Shown: piece by piece, positions 13,308 to 32,463 of the stretch
Layout of the letters: each line of letters begins with the position of its first letter
Position numbering within the stretch: the stretch's first letter is position 1
Source of the DNA: Eremomyces bilateralis CBS 781.70
Lineage: Eukaryota
Reading direction: 5' to 3' (one strand)
Length of the DNA stretch: 64,000 bases
Assembly (NCBI GenBank): GCA_010015585.1
Contig: ML975155.1
Position numbers and translations under genes: made by a program
The notes under the pieces: generated by a model
Seen by the model: the letters and a program-made list of their open reading frames with translations, nothing else
What the model was told of the DNA's origin: nothing
Database searches by the model: none

Positions 13308-14733
13308 GTTTGCGGTGGACTCAATGCATGTAAAAGATCGTTCGAAGAGGTGTGTTCGAGTACAAAGGTGCGAGTCGAGATAATATCGGCAGGGTAAGTC
13401 GAGGAGCTGTGGATGTCCGGATGCCGCGTTGAGAAGAGGGTGAATGGAATACCACCTAAGGGACAAAGAACGGGGATATCGCAAAAGGAATCAAACGGAA
13501 GTAGTGGAGAAGTGGAAGGGCTATATCGAAGTTCCTGCAACCAGCGACAGAAATATGATGAGTGTGAAAGCAGGAATGTGAAGGGGTATCTAAGTGAATG
13601 TGAGAGAGTCAGTCCAGATATTGGAGAGTTCGACTCAGTGAAGTGAGAGACTCCAAGAGAGGGAGACGTGACGTCTGGGCGTTGGCGTGTCGGAGCCAAT
13701 CAGAGGCTCCAGTTCATTTCCATGTCGACAATAATTATTAGATGCCTTAGGACACAAGGCCTCAATATTTATTAACAGTCAACAGAACTCATTGATTGTG
13801 ATTCAAATCAAGGAAGTTTCTCTTGTTCTATTCATTCAATCCAATTCACGTCAGTTCTGTTTATTGTCACAATAGTCCATGTCCAGCTATTCAAGCTTCT
13901 GGTCCCGCAGAACTGTATGGTGCTTTTCGTCCATTGTTCTTCGAGCACCTCTTACAAGCACCATTGCTATGGACGACATATTTCACCACAGTACCATAGG
14001 GGACGTTCACCGATGCAGACACATTTGTTGATCGTGAAATTGTTCTGTTTGTTCCAGAATCAGGAAAACTAATTACGGAGGCACCTAAGGTATGCAGGTC
14101 ACATGGGAGCTCAGTGGCCACAATTAACCTCATCCCCTCCCACCGCCGGTGCGCTGAATTCGCTCTCGCAAGCAATCAAGAGCCTAGCAGCTCGTCATCT
14201 AGACGTCTTTGTATAATTGTCGACGCCGTGTGATGCAAAACAGTCTCTCCGTGACATCCCCTTCCATGTCGAAAAGAGTTCTTTAATTTAAATAAAAAAA
14301 ACGCAAATGCAACCGACACCCGCTATGCAAACCGGCAGGCTCCGGCGTGGGGCGCAGCGGAGATGTGAACAGCAATGCTAAAGAGCAAAAATCAGAGACG
14401 GAGTGAATCAAGAGCCGGAAGGGCCGCGGAGGGCTGCACTTTCAGGGACCAAAATGTCGGCTGAAACTCAATGCATGCATCGCTCGCGGAAAGTAAGTCA
14501 TACTGCTGTATTATACCAGAAATACACAAATTGTTCGAGGTCGTGAAAGTCGTGATGGGCCGTGGCGTAAGGAAATTCGATATGATACAGCTCGAGGGAG
14601 AGTGTCGTGTCGCGTCGCGTCGTGTATCGTGGCGTAGCGAAGAATGAACCTGTGGAAAGGCAGCAACCTCTTTGGTGATCGAGGCGAGTGTAGTCAACCA
14701 GTAGAGACAGGACGTGGATGGGATTCCAAAGAC

Positions 14734-16895
14734 TCAGGAGTAATAGGAAGCCGAACCACCAACAATACCGCCGCAACTAACGTAGTTGCCGTACTCCCAA
14801 CCAGTCGGTTGTGAAAACACGAAGCCTGGGGCTTCCGCGTTGGAGTTCGCGTAGCACATTTCGGGAGCCATAGGGTTGGCCGCCGCTGAATCCTCCATCC
14901 CGATGGTCTCGGCAGTGGCAGTCGGCGGCGCATAGTACAGACCCTGCATTGAAGTGGGCGCTGGGCTAGTGTATGTCCACGTCGGTGGCTCGACGAAAGA
15001 CATGAAAGATGAGGTTGCAGTAAGCGGCTCCGTGATCGAGTCAGGTTCGTACTTTGAGTCCGCCTCGAACCCTTCACCGGCCCAAGGCATGGATTCAGCC
15101 GGGAACTGCGTGATAGGCGCGATATTTTCGTCCTGGTTGACGAAGAAACCAGTATCAGGCTGTTGAGGGGGGGGAGATGGCGACCGATGGCGGCCCTCCT
15201 GCTCAACGCTGGCAACTGAAGGCGTTCGCGGGTTGCTTATGGTGTCTTCCTGGATTTTGACACGCTCAGTCTCCACTGGCTCTTCATTGGGTTTCGGTTG
15301 AGACTCCTTCCGCCTCCTTCGAGGCGGGATTCGAGGCAGGGAGCTAGGCAAGACGTCGAGGTGAACGGTAGTGTCTCCATCAATATCACCGTTCAGGTAC
15401 TCTTCCTCCCGTCCGGCGAGCGTGTAGATTTGGCCCAGGATCTTTTCGCGTTGGGCAGCCTTGTCCATATTGCCTTTGTCGCCCTCGAAGGTGAAGGTTT
15501 TGCTCGACGTGGACTTCTTGAGCCAGTCCACCCAACTCGGCTGGCGGATCTCCTCGGCTCGCATGTTGCGGAGGATATGCAAAGCCAGTTCGTTCCTGTC
15601 TTTTTTGCACAGGTGATCCGGTTCCATGTGCTTAACCTGTTCAGGCCACCAGGGCGGGACCTTTCCATTCTTGCCGAACTTCTTGGTCGAGATGTAGGGG
15701 AAGTTCGTCTGCTTTTTGGGTTCCGTGGCCTTGATCCACTCCTTCAGGATCATCTTCACGGCCATCTGCTGGATGCATTCGAATCCTTCTCTGTAGAAGG
15801 CAATAACTGCAGTTTCATCACCAATCCGGATGGACATGACTGGAACCCCGTTGGATCGTGTTCGATTAAGGAACATCTCAGCTTCAGCTTCGCCCTCATC
15901 CGTGATGACCGATGCCTTGGCATCGACAGTCTTGGTAGCAACAGTCGTATCAAGGCGAGCTTGCTTTCTTCTTCGGGATTCCCCTTCCATGGGTAGGTCT
16001 GTACTGGAACTGGATCGGCGGCGTCCTTTAGGCTTGCTAGATGGGATCTTTTCTGGAACCAGCTGGGTTTCCACAGCCGCCAAACTACCTTGAGCTGGTT
16101 CTGCGGCAAGAGGGTAACCTATGACTAGATGTGAGAGGGAATTTGGAGAAAAGGAACGGAAGGGCCTTACCAGACGAATGGACCATCGGTTGGGTGGATG
16201 TCATAGCACGGCTCAAGTACGTGTAGCCAAAGTCCGGTTGAGGGCAACCAGACGACAGAACATGAACACGCCCATGTGCATCACGAACTGCAACGTTCAT
16301 CTCGACAGGATTGACGCCAAAGAGTTCCTGGACTTCTTTTAACAAAGTCTTATTGAGAGTCTTCGAACTTCTCGAGCTTTGGTCCGAGACGGACAACTGA
16401 TTGACTGAATAGGGCAGTCGAGTGATGTTACCCTCAATTTGGGGCTCTTCACCAGTTGGGCTCCTGCACGATTCGGGTTAGACTATCACGATTAAGGATG
16501 ATCATAAAAATTGTCCACTGAATAAAGAGTCAAATCGGACTTGGAATGATCAATGAAAGACTCAAGACGCACAGTTCCAATTGATTGTGTTCACGAAGCC
16601 CCGCACCACCAGGACTTCCGATCGCCTGTGGTTCCGTTCGACAGCCATTGCGTTCCTCAACTTTGTCCAATCGTTCCGGCTCGGTGTCTAGTTCCATGTT
16701 GGTTGCGACCGCAGCTGTTCGCCCTACACGTTGTGCATGCACCTTGGCAGTCGCTCGTCGATTAAGTTGACCGATCCGTTGACCTGACACAGAACCCGGT
16801 CGTACTCCCTCGTTTCCGTCTAAATTGCACCGCAATCTCTTGGTATTCCGCTTGGTCGGGCCCGTAGGAACGTTAGATTGTGTCCCGCGAGCCAT
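14734..16895 (-). CDS. DUF2841 / YDR124W-like protein
   Basis: IQQMAVKMILKEWIKATEPKKQTNFPY...PPWWP..VKHMEPDHL.K.DR..L..HIL; two upstream exons (GTGCGT and GTAAGG donors) join in frame back to ATG 16895; both ends tentative. Confidence 0.8.
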
Positions 16896-19610
16896 CGAGA
16901 CGACTGGTGATTTCCGAAATGTCCCAAAGAGGGGATCTTTGGTTGGGCCTTGCAACAGATGATTATTCCATAGGCAGCCAGAGGTTCATATTTCGTAAGG
17001 GTTTGGGTACAATGAATAGATTAAGAAGAAGGACCAGGGTAAGATTATGCTCGTGCGTGCGGAAAGGACTCAACGGACGTACTTGGAAGCAAACAAGAAA
17101 GAAGGCACAATAAGCGAAGGACATAGAGAACCCTAAAAGATCCTCGTCGGACAATTGTTATGTGCAATGGATTTGAGGAAGCGTATGGTTGATGGAGGAC
17201 CACAGGACTCTCCCTTGAGTCGGCACTTGGTCAGGCTATATGAATGGCTTGCTGAAAGCAGTGCATCCAGCATCTACGCTGGACTGGACCCACCCCCAAT
17301 GCTTGAGAAAGTGATACACGGTTCACCTCGCCATCGCCAGATGTACCTTCGTGTGTTGCTGGGGTGGTAGCAACTGGCGAGATAGGATTGGACGCGCAAG
17401 GGGACATTTTGTGCCCATTACCTGAATATGGCAAAGGGTAACTGCAGTACAAGCGGATGCTGCAAGACACGACATCGAGGCTGCATGGAGGGGCGGGTAC
17501 ATGAAGCGTGGGTGAGCCAACGGTTGACCCTGTCGATGCGATTGGAAGACGACAAAAGCCTTGTTCCTGCAAGAAGTGACTGACGACCGGAGAGATACAT
17601 GAAGTTTAGTATGAGAATATCCAAGTAAAAAAGAACAACGGACTGAGGAATGACGATGGGGGGAAAACGTTCAAGCCCAAACAAGGGTTTAGAGTCGCGC
17701 TAACTCTCGCGGAAACCCCTCTAACCAACTTCAATCTCTTGCGCAAAAAGCAGATCAATATCATGGTAGTGCGCCCAGAACGCCAGGACTCTCAATGAAG
17801 GCGTGGCGCTGGAGGATGACTGGAACAGTGGACCTTGCGAGTGCCCATGTTGCAACTCCAAGCGAGCCCTTGGCTTGAAGATTTCCAGATTTCCTAGCTA
17901 CACATAAGTCAAAATCAGAGCTGCGAGTGGTTAAGTCGGGCATTTGGGGCGCTACCACTGCGTGAGTTCCACAAAGCATTACCATCTCCATCTCGGCTGC
18001 GACAGTACAGCGCTAAGGCAGAGATCGTACGGGAGGCCCCACAGCTTCCCGGCACTGTGCCCTGCCGAAAGTCCGAAACCAGTTACGGTATATGCAACAC
18101 ATCCGTCGATCCCCAGTAGCCAAGGCGGATGGATCTCCCCGACTTGTAGTGGCGGCTATCACCGCAGAGACTGCTGTGAGTTGTGTAACGCCGGGGAGAT
18201 GTTAGGTGCGCCAATGCACCAATGCGCCACTCCTGTTGAAGGCTCCCGCACAGAACCAGGTCAGTGGTCGACTCCCTGTTACCCAAATTTGAATTACCCC
18301 TCCCTGGACGCTGGACGAGCGCTGGATAAGGCACCTGCAACGGATTGCAGTCCAGGTCCTCCTCTCTATTCCCTCTGGGCATGAACTTACCAGTTCCTCG
18401 GGGGCTCGGGATTATATCGAAGGCCTACCGGCTCAAGGGATTGAGTTGCGGATGGTGGTCGATAAGCGACGACAGATCGACCAATCCCGACTTCGTCCCA
18501 TGTAGTCGATCAAGATTCAAGATCAAGGGCAATCGAGATGCCCGAATAGTTGGGTTCCCGGAAACCGGGTGTCGAAAATCCAGTTGTCAGTCTTACTGAC
18601 TCGAAGGACTGGCCATCATTCACCTGCAGATTGTTTTGGTTCCGTTGTTTGCTGCTATTGCCCGTGAAAAGCGGCCAGATGCGCCTTGAACCTTACTAAG
18701 GAATTTGCCGGGTTGATCGATTGCCGTCCCCGACGGCAGTTGGCCTCGTCTAGTTGCGTCGGATCTGCCGATTGACCGATGGTGAAGATTGCCCCAGTAT
18801 ATGTGAAATTGAGAGCGTGTTCCGGCTCATCTTTCAGTCTTTTTGGCCAAAGTTCGTATTTACGTCTAAGCGAGGTGCTCCCCCGCATATGTAGTGCGCG
18901 GTATTCCATACAACGGTATCCGTCAGCTGGAGACGTTCTCGAGGGGTGATCCTTGAGGCTGGTGCTTTTTGTGTTTGACAGCATTTTAGCCTATCATTGG
19001 AGCTCTAGACCCTCCTCCATACCAGCACCATGGTTGTCATTGTTCAGTTGTGGGGTGAATCTCTAGTTCACAACTGTGGGAAAGAAAAGGCAACCAGAGG
19101 GGTACAGGAGTGGGCCCGAGAATGAGACAATGAAAGAAGAAACGTTGTGGCGTTGCGCCACGTCTCCACAAGAGTGAGGAGAAAGGAGTACGTAGCGAAT
19201 CCGCGGAGCATCTAGATCTATTGTGGAGCGTCTATGAATTCCGCCCCCTTTTCCAGGAGCCAGGTTTCCGTTCGCGATATACATATTTTTGGCCCATTTG
19301 CGATCCTGCTGGATTGCATGTGGCATAGCACTGGTCCTGGGAGTCGGTGCGATAGCCGCCAAGGCAAGTATCAAGCCTGAACATCGCCAATCTATTTCCT
19401 ATTTTATTTCCAGCAACAAGGTGCATCAGCCACGCAACCCTTTCATCCCAAGATGTATCTGTTCGCGATTAGGGCTTAGGGAAGCTCCGTCTCCGCTGGA
19501 AAGCCCAAGGGAAACAGCCGCTGCCACATGGGTTTCCACTTGCTGCTGCGATTTCACCCTTGGGTCCCGGTGACCCGGTGACCCGGTGACGGGGAAAAGA
19601 AGCACCTCGT

Positions 19611-24840
<5,230 letters not shown>

Positions 24841-25462
24841 TGGAGAAGGGCTAGACGAATATCGACGACTTCACGGTAAAGAGAAGATGTCGAAATACAG
24901 TCAGAAGGAGAAGAGAGGTGAAAAGAAGAATAATAATACTCAGAATCGTTAGTTGCGGTAGTCAAGGCGGCCAATCTATTGCTTATGAAATACTGAGTCT
25001 GTCTATGATCTGCAGGTGGTGACCAATAATGGCGTCGGTGTCTCTTTAGCTCTGGATCTTTTGACTCCAACCGTTTCCCCAACGCCGCCAGCCTGGGGTC
25101 CCAGGTTTACTTGGCTGGTTCCAGACCCGCTATCGGACCTCTTTTGCTTATTTTCGGGCTGAATTAGTAATCCTCAACACGAGCATCCAAACTCCAGAGT
25201 GGTTCTTAATATGATCGCTATAGGGAATGTTGATCATCAATGGAGTTATCGCGGTTCGGCTTTCTCGGAATGCCAGTGGTACAATCTCGTACTGTCTATA
25301 CTACTATGGCGTCTATATACGTAAGTACAGACTATGGATACAGATGTCAGATAAATGTGGATGGATTTGATATTTCATCGAATTATTAGTTGGCTACGGT
25401 AGCTTAAATACCCTCTCGAACACACCCTCACGGAAATCGCGTTAGTGGGGGACCTTGTCACC

Positions 25463-27877
25463 TCATTTGATAAAGTTCGTCCACATGTCGTCGTCGGATT
25501 TCGACGGTGGAATCATCCTGAAATCCCTCCATTCCGTATCTCGATCTTTCCGCACTGCTTCCCGATTCTTGTCTACATGCGTCTGGACTTCCCTTTCGAA
25601 AGTTTTGTTGTCTAAGGCGACGAACGCCTGGTGATCGGAAAGGTTAGTAATTAGGGACACCGATTTGTCTAATGCGAGGATGGGAGTGACGCTTGAGGTA
25701 CGTACCTTCAATGCCTCGGGGATGGGTGTCAGCTTCGGTACATCGACCGCATCATCGCTAGCATAGACGAGTACGACATTCTTGCTGTCGTTCTCAGCGG
25801 CCCTCAGTACATCGGATACATCAACCCGCTGCAGATAGATTAGCATCAAGCCAGACCAGCGTTAATGACTACACGTACGTCGCAAGAGGTTGTCCCCGCG
25901 GTTCCAAAATAAAACTTCCACCACTCCGGTCCAGTTGGCTTCGGGTCCCAGTCGTCTTCTTGCGCTGCCTCTTCTTTCGACCGAAACCCCTGGGCGAGGT
26001 AGGTCGTGTTTTTGTTCATGATGACCCCTCGGAGCTGGTATCCGCGATTTTTGGCCGGTAGGGATTTATTCTCTTCGGCCTTTAACCAGTTTTGATGGTC
26101 ATCCACTGTGGCAATTACTCCCTTCTTCTTCAATTCCACAGCTACGAAAGTTAGTGTTGTTAAACAAAGTACGACGGTGACAGCTTACCTTCGACATTCG
26201 CCTTGAGTTTTTGATATGCCTTGTCCAGTTCGTCGAACATGGATTGGTCTTTCAACCCGTTGACGCGAGGCACCACTTCGGAGACATTCGAACGATTGGG
26301 GGCGCAGCGCAAGACGTCGTCGAAGACTCGGAGCATATCAGGAACGACAGTCCCGTCTTTCTTCGTGAACTCCAAGAGCTTTTTGAGCTCTTTCTCGTGC
26401 TTCTTAACTTCCGCTCGAGCAGTGGAGATGGCGTCGCGGACGGCTCGGGCCATTTCCTGGTTTGCCGTCATATATCTGCCCATGTAGAGATATTCGGCGA
26501 TGCTGATACCCAGGCCGTCGGTCTTCGTGCTGCTCCGTGTGAGCTGCACGGTGAGGACTTTGGGCGCCTCGCTCAGGGAGGCCACCTCGAAGTTAGAATC
26601 CGGGCTGGCCCAGAAGACCATATCTAACGTATCATAGAGGTCTTCCAGCACTTCATCCAGGTCGTCCAAATCGATGTCCAGCGTGTAAAACGGTGCGGTC
26701 TCGCCATCCTCTTCTTTGACGACCGCGGCTCGGAATAGCCGCGAAAGATTCAGATCGGCCTGAAACCGACTGAACGAAATCTCGAAACTATGCATGAACT
26801 GCTTAAAGGAGGGAAGTATCGGGCCATCCGAATCCGGAGGAAGATTCTGGAAAGATCTCATCCTGGTTAGATTCTCGACACTACCGTAAGATCGAATGGT
26901 CAGTTCGGCGAAAGCGAACAATCGCTGAATTTCGGCCATAAGCTCCCAGTCATCGTATTCTTCATCGTTGAGATCGATGAGGCTTTCGAGGGATTCCTCC
27001 TCTCTGATACTTCCGTTCCACCAATTTGCCCAGACCCTGTAGTCAACGCCCGTACGTCCGGAGAAGACGATGTTTCGCACCAGAGGAATGTGCGTCACGA
27101 TGGCGACGAAGTTCGGGAGGAGATCATCATCGTGTCTCGGCTTCATAAAAGTCGGCTCGTCGTCCGTCTTTCTACGGTCAGGCGGATCGGGATCGTCGAT
27201 TTCTCCATGTAGCGTTAAGGCCCATTTGGAGCTGTCATAATTGGCTTGCGTCGCGGGGCGGAGTTGCCCTCCTCCAATAACGCCGCTCTCTTGCTCACCC
27301 ATAAAATCCTCCGGCCCTGCATCCACGAAAGTAAGCAGAGTGTTCTACGCACTCGGATTCTGTCAGGGCATTTTACCTGGGAAGATCTCAGTCGCTCCAT
27401 CTCTGAAGCTTACTCTTGATGGCGGCCGCGACATGGCGGACAAATTCGGATCGACTTGGATCAAATCCGGCATTGATGAATCGATTTGAAAGGCTGGAAT
27501 GAATCACAATATTAGTCGATTGATCCGCGAAAGGGCAGCGAGGTTTCTCACAAGGTACGTTGGTCTCCGTGCCGCCATCTCGGTCTTGTGCAAACGCACT
27601 TTCGTCCCATGCGGTGTCTTTTTTAACCTGAAATTGGGAACGGGTCAGCCAAAGTCCGCAAATCAATATGGCAGTTGGCTTACGAGCGCTTCTTGGCCGT
27701 TCGTCAGGAACTGGACGACGGCTGCATCCAGGTCACCATTGTAGATCTAGTGCCAGTGTCAATTTGGCTCGACGAGTTCATGTACTCTGTGTAATGTACC
27801 TCAATAAGTCGCCTAGCATCAACTCGTGAAAGGTTGGTGATCTCCTTGACCATATCGACATTCTCGTCGGACACCAT
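25463..27877 (-). CDS. UBA-domain protein with degenerate USP-like body (Rup1-like)
   Basis: N-terminal UBA-like helices (VDMVKEITNLSRVDARRLIE), EQESGV, PTFMKP, WWNG, EIQRLFAF..T.RSYGS, YQLRGV, WWKF, VVLVYAS. Confidence 0.7.
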
Positions 27878-28621
27878 GATGCTTAGGACAAGCCCCAAGC
27901 CCCAAGGTGTTAGGTTGGTGCGGCGATGTCGGCTTTGATAAAACGGGAAGAAGACCAAACGGGGATTCTTTAACAATGTGAATCACATTCCTAATAGCCC
28001 CCAGTGCAAGAGTTAGATGGTTGTGTTTGCCGCCACCCGTTGAGTGGTTTGATGGACATTGCGATATTCTACGGACAGCTGGTCAAAGGGAGGGAACAAA
28101 TGTGTGGACGCCAGAGGCTCCCAAACCAACGCACAGGAATAATCAGTGAATACGTCAATTCAGGTGTCTTCCATGATGATGTTGAATAACAGGCGATGTT
28201 ACTTTTCGAGCGATAATAAATAGCTATGGGCTAAGTTTCATGGTTCATTGTTGACTTGGCTTATGGGATTACGCCTCCAGAAGAGTGGATACAGCCAATG
28301 ACAATTGACAGCCGCCCCATTTACTCAGCGTCTAACTTCGGACAAGATCATCTGCGCCTCCTGATATTGCGTCTTTCATGCCAATGCATACTTGTACCCC
28401 GATCTATGGTACGTTATACAATATCAAAATGTGACGTGAGAAGTGTACATGGCTTTCCATTATTCGTTGGATACCAAACCTAAACAATTCTATCATACAA
28501 CCATAGGTGGAGTGAACACTATTTATACACTATACTAGTATCCAAGACCCTCCATGCGCACACCTATGCGGACGCCTTCCCCGATCTATTCACAAAAAGC
28601 TAAGGGAACCGCCATGAGTCC

Positions 28622-31578
28622 TCAGCTCTTCTCCCCATACAGCCACGCCATATAGGAATCCACACTATCCTCCCTCGCCTTCCCCAATTCCTGCAACGTA
28701 TGCGCCGACACATTCGGATGCGTCGGCCTAAACACAACCGTCCCCTTCCGATCATCAATCCGATCCTGCGCCCGCCGCCACTTCTTGCTCTCCTCCACGT
28801 AGTGGCGGATGTGCCGGAACCAGAACCGGTCCTCCTGCCGGTCCACGCTGCCCCGCGTCAACGCCTGCCGCCGGGCCGTCAGCAGGGCGTAGTAGCGTCG
28901 GGCGGAGGACTCCTTGAGTTCTGTGATGGCGTATTCGACTTTCCAGGAGTCTTCGGGGGCGAGGTCGACCGGTCGGTCGACTTGGAAGCCGTTGACGAGG
29001 TTTCGGACGGTCACCGTGAATCCTAGTAACGGCGTCTCCGCCTGCTGTTCGGGAGAAGACGTCTTCTTTCCACGTTTTGCGTTGGGTGCGACCTGGTGAA
29101 CATCCTCCTCCAGCACATCGTTTGGAGCCTCATCTGACACAGTCGGCTCTTCGGTGACTTCGTCACTTCCTTGTTCCTGCTCCAACGCATCCTCAATGGA
29201 ATCCCGAATCTTGGCCCATTCGTTTTCGTCGATGCTCTTTTCGCTGTCGACATCCTCGCCGAACAAAGACGCCTCATATTCCCGTTGCCGTTGGTCTGAA
29301 GCGCCTTGGATCTCCTCGATCTCGGTTTCGGAGACTGGCTCCGCGAATGCATACATGAAAGGAACGACGCCCTCTCGTGTTTCAAAGCTCAGGCGAATGG
29401 ACTGCGGTCGTCAGCGAAGCCACAGGATATCAGCGCACACAAACTTACTTGCTCCGGGAATCGAGCCGTCGCCTTGTCGAAAATGTCATCGACGACCTTT
29501 AGACTCATCCCAAACTCCTGGTCCCCAAGCGACGGGTCCTGCTGCCCGTGAATAGCCTCATCCATCTCCGCTAGGCTGACGTACTGGAACCCAAAGAGCC
29601 GCTCGACATTATGATATGCAACGAAGATGCCATCCATCCGTCCGATGCGGACCTGAAGCGAATATTTCAGCATCGTGGCGCGCATCATGTCGTGGAATTC
29701 GCGCTCGTATGACATCCAGTTCCCCTGGCTCTGCCGCAGCTCGTACCCCAGATAATCCTCGAATTTCTCGCTGGGGGCGTGGCGGAGGGACAGCACCGCG
29801 CGGGTTTTCAGGTCGAAGACGCCGGTGCCCGGCATGCGCGGGTCTTTCGCGTCGAGCTGCGAGCGGAGCAAGATCTTATCGCTCGAACTGAAATGGTAGC
29901 CTTCAGGCACCTCGTCGACGCCTTTCGACAGTGCGGGGCTGGTCCTTCGGTAGGTTTCGTAGTCGTCGGCGGGGAGGACAAGGAGTTTCTCCAGCGAGTG
30001 ACCCAGGAGACCGAAGATGTTCGGAGTCTGGCCATCTTTTGACTTATCCACGGCGTAGACGCCGTTCTTCCATCGGAGAAACACCGTCGTCGGACCGCGC
30101 GAGAACTTGGAGAACTTTTTGCTGGTGGTTTCGAACTTCTTGGAAAGCATGGAGAAGTTGAGTTCGCGCCATTGGGACAGCAAGAAATGAAGGTGTTCGA
30201 GAATCGAGGTCATGTTCGAGCTGGAGCTGTAGTATCGGAGATTCCGTTCTTTGGCAAGATGTGCTAAGGTCATATCTTTTGATGGGACGATATATTTGGT
30301 CAGTGCACCGTAGTTGAACTCCTTCGCGGGCATGATCTTTTGCAGATATGGATCGAAATTGTACACTCGGGAGCGGGGATCTTGTAGGTAATAGACTCCT
30401 GGGCTACATACTGTTAGCATCGAAACGGAATGTATGATAATGCGAGACCATACTTGAAAAGCACGCGGTCCAATCCATGGGCAAGGCCTGGAGCGTCAGA
30501 TGACCCGATATCGATATCTGTGATGTTTAGTGACATATCAACATGGAAGGATGATGCTCCACTCACGCGTCAGCTGGAAACCTTCTCTAGTGATAACCGC
30601 AACGTCTTGATTGGACCCGGCTTTGGCGTTTTTCCTCGAAACCTTCTTCTTGGGCGCATCATCCGTTCCCATGAAGGAAGGCAATTCCTCGCGCGGTAGG
30701 AGTACCCTCGGCGTATCCCCCAAATCTGTGCTCCCCCGGTTTCTCATCGAGAGCCGCGGACGCGCTCGATGGGAATGAAAGGTTTCCTCCCCATGGGCGA
30801 TCAAGAGCTTTCGAATCTGCGGTTGATCCTGCGAGCCCCCTATAGGATACGTCCGAATCCGAGGAGTCGACACACGATGTTTCCGGATTGTAACATGTCC
30901 TCTAGGCCGTTCGATTCGGGGCTTCTGCTTGACGCTGGAAATGGGAGGCTCCGTTCCTGGTCGAAGTCGATATCGGAGCTTAATTCCACCATTTGAAGGG
31001 TTGGGCTCGGTTCCGCTCTCGTCGGCTTTTGCGGGAGCGCTGTTTGGCAGGGAGTTAGGTACGGCTAGCTCAGTCGTTTCCGCGACCTTGTCTGAATCGA
31101 CCGGTCCACCCTTCCCTCTACCTGAATAGCTGATCCGAATCCCCGGTGTTGGAGAACTGGTATCCTTTCTGGCCGTCCACACTTTCCGAGACCTTGCTTT
31201 TATATTGTGTTCCGTCCCAGTCTTGCGCACAATGGTGCTAGACTTGGCTTTTATTTTGCTTCGGCGGACCAGTCGACTCGGTACTGTACTTGCGCCTGCG
31301 CTGGGTGGTTGGGGGAGAGATCGGGAGGAGACAAGTGACGACGGGTTCGAAGGAGTAAGGCGACGAACGAACGTCTTAGATTTAGGGTTGGGTTTGAGTT
31401 TCGCGCGCCCCGACCTATTTCCATTCTTCGGGGAAGGAGACTTTTCCCCGGTGGATGCATTGTCTTCGCTCTCCTTCGGTGTGCTATGTGATCTGGACAC
31501 TTGGACATAGTGTCTTGCGATCGATTGAAGTGTCGTAACCCTTGCTTGTCGTGCAAGACGCACTTCGATATTGAACAT
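28622..31578 (-). CDS. PET127: Mitochondrial RNA-processing nuclease Pet127
   Basis: PGLAHGLDRVLF.PGVYYLQDPRSRVYNFDPYL, RSQLDAKD, FDLKTRA, LQVRIGRMDGIFVAYHN; basic presequence-like N-terminus. Confidence 0.93.
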
Positions 31579-31900
31579 AGAGCGGAGTGTATATGGGGAA
31601 TCGGCGCATGGAGGAGAGGGTATCGTATCGGGTTGGGAGGGAGTAGGATGGGCCGCAGGAAGTCGAGGGGATTAGTCCATTACAGAATACAGCAAAGAAC
31701 TGGAAGATGGAAAATGCAACAAATGATTAAAGAGCGACGAGGAAAATGGACCACGATCAGGTCTTTTACACACCCTCTGTGATTCCTCCTATCAATTGTA
31801 ATATTGTGGTACTCTTTCAATGGCTGGACCAGACATCAGACATGGCGATGAACAAAAACCATCACCCATGTCGGAGTTGGAGAGAAGGCGCAAACCAGAT

Positions 31901-31936
31901 CCCTGCACAACTTCCCTGCACAACTTCCCTGCACAA
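31901..31936. repeat. 13-bp tandem repeat (CCCTGCACAACTT, ~2.8 copies)
   Basis: Directly visible in the divergent PET127/LRR intergenic region. Confidence 0.85.
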
Positions 31937-32463
31937 TTGGATGACCTCACACTGTCACACAACAACACAACGCGATCTAGTCACTACACTGGACTCCCGA
32001 CTCCGCCACTCCGGGATAGCCTACGTACGATGCTAGATTCTCGCTACTAACTTTCTGTCACTACCGAAAGAACTCGATTGTTCCCTTGCCCTCACCGGCT
32101 CATATCTTCACTCTTTTATTCCTCTCCCAGATCCCATTTCGAGCTGTGAGCGCTGCTGTGATGGGATCAATTCCTACCCCTGCTGCGCCTCGCTCCAGTA
32201 TCTGGCAATCGGACAACCCGGAGACATGCTTCCAGTGCTGAGAATACGATCTGGACATATGAATCTCTCAAGTGGCTGGATATCTTTGCGGATGAACACG
32301 AGGTCCTGACTTCTGAGGACAATCGGTTACACACGATAGTCTCATCCTCGGACCCCGCGATCTATGTCTCTGCGAGTCCCGCAATTCTCTCCATTGTACC
32401 CTTCCGAGATACGGATTTCGAGGGGGAAACGGCGGCACCACGCAAGAGCGTGACAGGGTCGTC

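Noticed and set aside
19566..19590. (CCCGGTGA)3 repeat just past the YCF1 stop
   Set aside because: Simple short slippage repeat with no spacers; not CRISPR-like
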